Source: Candidatus Multivoradales bacterium (GTDB taxonomy: Bacteria; Acidobacteriota; Thermoanaerobaculia; Multivoradales; JAHEKO01). Taken from it: a stretch of 64,000 nt of DNA. The DNA lies in the NCBI GenBank assembly GCA_965223855.1, contig CBDCXM010000009.1, positions 576,001 to 640,000 of the forward strand, given 5' to 3'. Of the stretch, positions 59,046-64,000 are shown in pieces. The number at the start of each line of letters is the position of its first letter. Within the stretch, counting starts at the first letter, position 1. The notes beneath the pieces were generated by a model, which was given only the letters and a program-made list of their open reading frames with translations, had not been told where the DNA came from and did no database searches. The position numbers were made by a program, and so were the translations under genes.

Positions 59046-60296
59046 ATGAAGGCCTCTGCACGCCTGCCCGTCGTCCTGTTCCTCGTCGCCTGCGCGATCG
59101 GCAGTCCCGCTCCGGCCCAACCTGCAGCGCCGGGCGAGGCGGAGGCGTCGGCGACGCCGGGCGTGCGGCTTGCGGAGGCGCTCTCGACCGCCACCGGCAT
59201 CGCCATCACGCCGATGCTCGGCGTGAGCGCGGTCGGCGCCTGGCGCTGGTGGCAGGCGAGCGCAGCGGAGCGTGAGGCACTCGACTGGTTCTGCTCGCCG
59301 TGGGTCTGGGGCCCGGGGCTGTTCTTCACCCTGCTGCTGCTCCTCAAGGAGCCGGTGCTCGGCGCCGCACCGCCGCTCAAGAAGCCGCTCGACGCCCTCG
59401 AAGTGGTCGAGAGCAAGGTGAGCGCGCTCGTCGCCACACCGGCGGTGGTGCCGATGTTCCTCGGCGCCTTCGGCTCGGCGGCCGCGGTGTCGTCGCTCGC
59501 CGGATCGCTCCCGGTGCCCATGGCTGCGGTGGGTGGCGAGACGATGGCGGCACCGGTGGCGATTCTCGTCTACACCCTGGCCGGGGTGCTCTTCGTCGGT
59601 GCCTTCCTCGTGGTGTGGCTTGCCTTTCACGCCGTCAACGTACTGATCCTGCTGAGCCCGTTCGGCTTCCTCGACCTCTTCCTGCGGCTGATCAAGTTCG
59701 GAGCGCTGGCGGTGCTGCTCGTCGCCACCTGGATCAGCCCGTGGCTCGGCGCCGCAGTGGCGGCGGCGATCCTCGTCGTCTCGATTCCGATCGCCGGCTG
59801 GTCGTTGCGACTGACCTCGTTCGGATCGATCGTCGCCTGGGATCTGCTGACCGGCCGGCATCGGCGCCTCGGCGCGGATGGCGCGGCCGGCGCCGACGGC
59901 CCGGTCGTCGCCTTCACCGCCGGGCGGACGCACGGCATTCCGACGCGCGCCGTCGGCCGGCTCGAGGCCGGCGACGGTCGGCTGTCCTTCCGCTACCGGC
60001 CGTGGCTCGTTCTGCGGTCTCGCAGCATCGACCTCGGCAGCGTGCCGAATCGGCTCGAGCGCGCGCTGGTCTGCCCGCAGATCCGCGAGACGGCGTCCGG
60101 CGATCGCGGCGATGTGCTGTTCCGGTTGCCGCCCCGGTACCGCGGCCACGAGCCGCGGGTCGCCACCTCGCTCGGTTGCGCGGAAGTGATCGACGCACCG
60201 GTTCTCCGAGGGGTCAAGTCGGTCTTCGCCTGGATGCGCGAGAGCATCGGCACGGGCGCCGGCGCTCTCGCCCGCCGGGTCGGCGCGGCCGACTGA
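59046..60296 (+). CDS. Hypothetical membrane protein
   Basis: RBS GGAGGAG; signal peptide and several TM segments; LKKPLD and LSPF..D motifs. Confidence 0.7.
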   Translation: MKASARLPVVLFLVACAIGSPAPAQPAAPGEAEASATPGVRLAEALSTATGIAITPMLGVSAVGAWRWWQASAAEREALDWFCSPWVWGPGLFFTLLLLLKEPVLGAAPPLKKPLDALEVVESKVSALVATPAVVPMFLGAFGSAAAVSSLAGSLPVPMAAVGGETMAAPVAILVYTLAGVLFVGAFLVVWLAFHAVNVLILLSPFGFLDLFLRLIKFGALAVLLVATWISPWLGAAVAAAILVVSIPIAGWSLRLTSFGSIVAWDLLTGRHRRLGADGAAGADGPVVAFTAGRTHGIPTRAVGRLEAGDGRLSFRYRPWLVLRSRSIDLGSVPNRLERALVCPQIRETASGDRGDVLFRLPPRYRGHEPRVATSLGCAEVIDAPVLRGVKSVFAWMRESIGTGAGALARRVGAAD

Positions 60297-60353
60297 CGCC
60301 GGTCGTCAGCGGCCGGGGTGGTCAGCAGACAAGGTCGTCAGAGGCCGAGCTCG

Positions 60354-60767
60354 TCAGCGGCGAGAGTCGTCCTCTTCTGCCGACTCTTCCGCACCGATCT
60401 TCCACGGCGGGTCGAGCCGGTTCTCGCCGGCGTTGTAGAGCCGGATGTCGTGCCCGTCGGGGTCGGCGATCCGCGCTTCGCGCCAGCGGTACGGCATGTC
60501 GGTCGGCGGCTGGTGGAACCGGAGCCCCGCCTCCTCGAGCGCCGCCACCGTTGCATCGACATCCGCGCAGTCGAAGAAGAGCTGCGCCCGGGGCGGCAGC
60601 GGCGGATCGCCCGTGACCTCGATCGACAACGTTGACTCGCCGTCGGGGCACCGGAAGCGCGCGTAGCGGGGCGGGCTGTGAACGATCGGCTCGAGGCCGA
60701 GCTGCCGGTAGAACTCGTACGAGCGCTCGAACTCGGTGACGATCAGGGTGACGTGGTTGAGGTCCAT
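60354..60767 (-). CDS. VOC/glyoxalase family protein
   Basis: LNHVTL.V...RS..FY..LG, W.EA...DPDG..I. Confidence 0.88.
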   Translation of the reverse strand: MDLNHVTLIVTEFERSYEFYRQLGLEPIVHSPPRYARFRCPDGESTLSIEVTGDPPLPPRAQLFFDCADVDATVAALEEAGLRFHQPPTDMPYRWREARIADPDGHDIRLYNAGENRLDPPWKIGAEESAEEDDSRR

Positions 60768-60810
60768 CGCGATCAGAGTATCTCGCGACGCGTGACCCCC
60801 TATCGGCGCC

Positions 60811-61185
60811 TCAGCTGGAGTTGTGCAGCCTGGCTCCTACGGCGCTGGCAGGGACGAGCAGCGCGAGGAAGCTCAGGTGGAACCACAGCGGCATCTGGTC
60901 CCATACCGTCGACTGAACTAAGACGCCGACTGCCAGCAGCAGGGCGCCGAGGACGAGGGCGAGGACCGAGCTCCCGGCGCGGGAGACGGCGGTCGTCGTC
61001 CAGCCGGCGGCGATCGAGAAGAGGGCCGACAGCACGACGAACGCCGCCAGCAGGCCGGCATCGTCGGTCATCCCCCGCTCGTCGAAACGGGTCGAGAACA
61101 GCCGCAGCGCGAGCTGGTTCGAGGCCAGCCACAGGACGGTCCAGAGCGCGAAACCGGCGAGTACGGCAAGGAGCTTGCGGATCAT
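60811..61185 (-). CDS. Hypothetical 4-TM membrane protein
   Basis: Hydrophobic segments; 'P.WF' motif; co-oriented with the ArsR-SRPBCC operon. Confidence 0.7.
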   Translation of the reverse strand: MIRKLLAVLAGFALWTVLWLASNQLALRLFSTRFDERGMTDDAGLLAAFVVLSALFSIAAGWTTTAVSRAGSSVLALVLGALLLAVGVLVQSTVWDQMPLWFHLSFLALLVPASAVGARLHNSS

Positions 61186-61211
61186 CGGGATCTCCCGGGA
61201 GGTAGCGCCGC

Positions 61212-61724
61212 TCAGCGCGGCCAGTTCTCGGAGCGCAGACGCTTCGGCGTCAACGGTCCCATCAGCTTGAAGACGACGAAGAGCAGGCGGGCCCCCAAGG
61301 TCGGTCGGCCGGTCTCGACGATCGCCTTGAGGTTCTTGACGATGAAGGTCCCGCCCTGCTTCATCTGCTTCGTGGATTTCGTTCCCGGCGTCATCTCGCT
61401 GACGGTCAACGTGAGCTCGACGCCGCCCTCGACCTCTCTCAAGTCGTACACCACCGTCGCTTCAGGGTCGTCGTAGGAGGTGAAGCGCATGGTGTGCGCG
61501 AGTCGCACCGGCTGCTCGACCTCGAGGAAGGTGCCGACGACGGAAGTGAAGCGACCGTTCGGCGTGCGCATGCACAGCTTGTTTCCGGGCTCGAGACCGC
61601 GGGTGTCCATCCGCGAATTGAACATCGCCCTCTGCAGGCCGTCGGTGCGGGTCAACTCCTGCCACACCTCGTCGAGCGTGCTCTCGATGACGATCCTGAA
61701 GACCGCGCTCTCACTGTCGCTCAC
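61212..61724 (-). CDS. SRPBCC (AHSA1-like) domain protein
   Basis: I.I....D.VW..LT, G..LEV..P.RL.HT, LK..VETG; GTGA overlap with the ArsR gene. Confidence 0.85.
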   Translation of the reverse strand: MSDSESAVFRIVIESTLDEVWQELTRTDGLQRAMFNSRMDTRGLEPGNKLCMRTPNGRFTSVVGTFLEVEQPVRLAHTMRFTSYDDPEATVVYDLREVEGGVELTLTVSEMTPGTKSTKQMKQGGTFIVKNLKAIVETGRPTLGARLLFVVFKLMGPLTPKRLRSENWPR

Positions 61725-62047
61725 GATTCCTCCTTCGCCTCCAGGCGGTATTTGAGGCCGGTCAGGCGGTCGGCCCACAACGAGCTGTACTCGGTGGTCC
61801 AGCGGTCGTAGATCCGGCGGATCGGCACCGCGTTGAAGTACAGACGTCGCTCACGCCCCTCGCGCTCGCTGACCAGCAGCTCGGCGTCATCGAGCAGGTT
61901 GATGTGCTTCATCACGCCGATGCGACTCATCTCGAAGTGGCCGCTGACCTGCTGCACGGTCGCCCCGGGCGACTCCTTCACGATGTCGAGAATCGCCCGG
62001 CGTGCGGGGTGTGAAAGCGCGCGGAAGGTGCCGTCCATCGACTCCAT
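61721..62047 (-). CDS. ArsR/SmtB-family transcriptional regulator (SdpR-like)
   Basis: F.AL..P.RR.IL, F.MSR.GVMKH..L..A.L....GRE...Y.N..PI..I..RW. Confidence 0.9.
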   Translation of the reverse strand: MESMDGTFRALSHPARRAILDIVKESPGATVQQVSGHFEMSRIGVMKHINLLDDAELLVSEREGRERRLYFNAVPIRRIYDRWTTEYSSLWADRLTGLKYRLEAKEES

Positions 62048-62049
62048 CA

Positions 62050-62065
62050 GTAACCAAACGGTTAC
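62050..62065. promoter_or_regulatory. Putative ArsR autoregulatory operator
   Basis: GTAACC-aaac-GGTTAC palindrome immediately upstream of the ArsR start codon. Confidence 0.65.
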
Positions 62066-62142
62066 ATACAAAACGAAAGCCGTCAAGCTCCCTGATCGCG
62101 AGGCAGGGCAGGGCGGTATCATCCGCCGCCGGAGGAACGACC

Positions 62143-63933
62143 GTGAGCGAGCACACCTACACCCAGACGACCTGGTCCCTCGACGAGCTGTTGCCGGACG
62201 CCTCGGAGGCGACGATCCGGGCGAAACTGGACGAGGTGCAGCAGCTCGTCTCCGCTTTCGAGGCGCGTCGCGGTGAGCTGGATGCGACGATGGCGCCGGC
62301 GACGCTGCTCGAGATCGTCGACGAGTACGAAGCGCTCGTCGAGCGGCTCTACGTGCTCTCGGCCTACGGCTCTTTGTGGTTCGCCTCCGACACGCAGTCG
62401 GCGGAGGCCCTCGCGTTTCGCAACCGCATCGAGCAGGTGCTCACCGGCGTGCAGAACCGGCTGCTGTTCCTCGGCCTCTGGTGGAAGGAGCTCGACGACG
62501 ACGCGGCCGCGCGACTGCTGCCCGCGGAGGAGACGCACGCCGACCACCGCTTCTTCCTCGAGGATCTGCGGCGGCTCAAGCCGTTCACCCTGGACGAGCG
62601 CTCGGAGCAGATCGTCAACGTCAAGGACGCCAACGGCATGAGCGCCCTGATGACGGTCTACTCGATGCTCACCAACCGCCTCGAGTTCACCCTCGAGGAG
62701 GACGGCGAAACGCAGACGCTCACCCGCGGCGAGCTGATGAGTCACGTCTATTCGATCGACCCCCAGCGCCGCGCCGCCGCCTACCGGGAGCTCCATCGGG
62801 TGTTCGACGGCGAGGCGGCGATCCTCGGCCAGATCTACGTCCACCGGGTGCGCGACTGGGCCGAGGAGGGGCTCGAGCTGCGCGGCTACGGCTCGCCGAT
62901 CGCGGTGCGCAACGCCGGCAACGACATTCCGGACGCCGCCGTGGAGGTGCTCCTCGACGTCGCCACGGAGCACGTCTCGCTCTTCCGGCGCTACTTCCGG
63001 CTCAAGGCGGAATGGCTCGGGATGGAGCGGTTGCGCCGCTACGATCTCTACGCCCCGCTGGCGTCGAGCGACAAGGAGATTCCCTACGAGCGGGCGGTGG
63101 CGATGGTGCTCGACACCTTCCGCGACTTCGACGCCGACTTCGCCGCACGTGCCCGGCGGGTGTTCGCCGACGACCACGTCGACAGCGAGATCCGGCCGGG
63201 CAAGAAGAGCGGCGCCTTCTGCTCGACCGTGCTGCCGCGCCAGGCGCCTTGGGTGCTCTTGAACTACACCGGCAAAGTGCGCGACGTGGCGACGATGGCG
63301 CACGAGCTGGGCCACGCGGTCCACAGCCTGCTCGCCGACGAGCACACGGTGCTGACCCAGCACTCCTGCCTGCCGCTCGCCGAGACCGCCTCGGTGTTCG
63401 CCGAGCAGTTGCTGACCGACCGCCTGCTGGCAAACGAGGCCGACCCCGCCGTGCGGCGCGAGCTGCTGGCGGCGCAGATGGACGACATCTACGCCACGGT
63501 GATGCGGCAGGCGTACTTCACCCGCTTCGAAATCGCCGCGCATGAGGCGATCGCCGGAGGCGCCGCGGCGTCGGAGCTCGATGCGCTCTACTTCTCGACC
63601 CTCGAGGAGCAGTTCGGTGATGCGGTCGAGCTCTCCGACGACTTCCGGCGCGAGTGGGTGACGATCCCGCACATCTACCACACGCCGTTCTACTGCTATG
63701 CCTACAGCTTCGGCCAGCTCCTCGTGCTGGCGCTCTACCGGCGCTACCAGGAGGAGGGGGCCTCCTTCGTCCCCGGCTACCTGGAGATGCTTGCCGCCGG
63801 AGGTTCGGCACCGCCGGTCGAGGTCCTGGCCGAGGCGGGGGTCGACCCGAACGACGAGGAGTTCTGGCGAGGTGGCTTCGAGGTCGTCGCCGCCATCGTC
63901 GACGAGCTCGAGGCTCTCGACGCGCCGCAGTAA
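62143..63933 (+). CDS. pepF: Oligoendopeptidase F (M3B family)
   Basis: W.L..L, RYDLYAP, GK.SGAFC, HELGHAVH zinc motif, AETASVF.E, W..IPH.Y..PFY.Y.Y.FG. Confidence 0.92.
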   Translation: MSEHTYTQTTWSLDELLPDASEATIRAKLDEVQQLVSAFEARRGELDATMAPATLLEIVDEYEALVERLYVLSAYGSLWFASDTQSAEALAFRNRIEQVLTGVQNRLLFLGLWWKELDDDAAARLLPAEETHADHRFFLEDLRRLKPFTLDERSEQIVNVKDANGMSALMTVYSMLTNRLEFTLEEDGETQTLTRGELMSHVYSIDPQRRAAAYRELHRVFDGEAAILGQIYVHRVRDWAEEGLELRGYGSPIAVRNAGNDIPDAAVEVLLDVATEHVSLFRRYFRLKAEWLGMERLRRYDLYAPLASSDKEIPYERAVAMVLDTFRDFDADFAARARRVFADDHVDSEIRPGKKSGAFCSTVLPRQAPWVLLNYTGKVRDVATMAHELGHAVHSLLADEHTVLTQHSCLPLAETASVFAEQLLTDRLLANEADPAVRRELLAAQMDDIYATVMRQAYFTRFEIAAHEAIAGGAAASELDALYFSTLEEQFGDAVELSDDFRREWVTIPHIYHTPFYCYAYSFGQLLVLALYRRYQEEGASFVPGYLEMLAAGGSAPPVEVLAEAGVDPNDEEFWRGGFEVVAAIVDELEALDAPQ

Positions 63934-64000
63934 CCCACCGGTAACCGTTCTCCGGTACAGTGTCTCCGAACTACGAAGGCACCGTCCCGCGGACGTACGC

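Overview
High-GC (roughly 70% by eye) bacterial chromosomal window. C-terminal IFxDGFESGD tails, a tricorn protease and a DUF1800/DUF1501 pair tentatively suggest a Thermoanaerobaculia-like Acidobacteriota host. Main content, left to right: (1) a partial purine nucleoside phosphorylase; (2) a sugar-phosphate-utilising (SPU-type) bacterial microcompartment operon with an RpiB-DeoC fusion; (3) a ~1 kb intergenic region holding four copies of a structured repeat; (4) an operon joining an ArsM-like methyltransferase, an ArsS-like radical SAM enzyme, a DUF2064 glycosyltransferase and a Pst-like ABC transporter; (5) a dispersed type III PKS/ACP/FAAL/flavin oxidoreductase set; (6) housekeeping genes (Fpg/Nei, Kef, Lhr, tricorn, GDH, PckA, PepF). 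The standout is a ~2.1 kb lower-GC island at about 32590-34680. It carries a near-consensus sigma70 promoter, a long multi-hairpin leader RNA, a 73-aa small ORF enclosed by two nested long-range inverted repeats with a sequesterable RBS, an XRE-HTH gene and a compact retron-type reverse transcriptase. This is a type VI-like retron and candidate anti-phage system. All product calls come from motif recognition by eye; no database searches were run.
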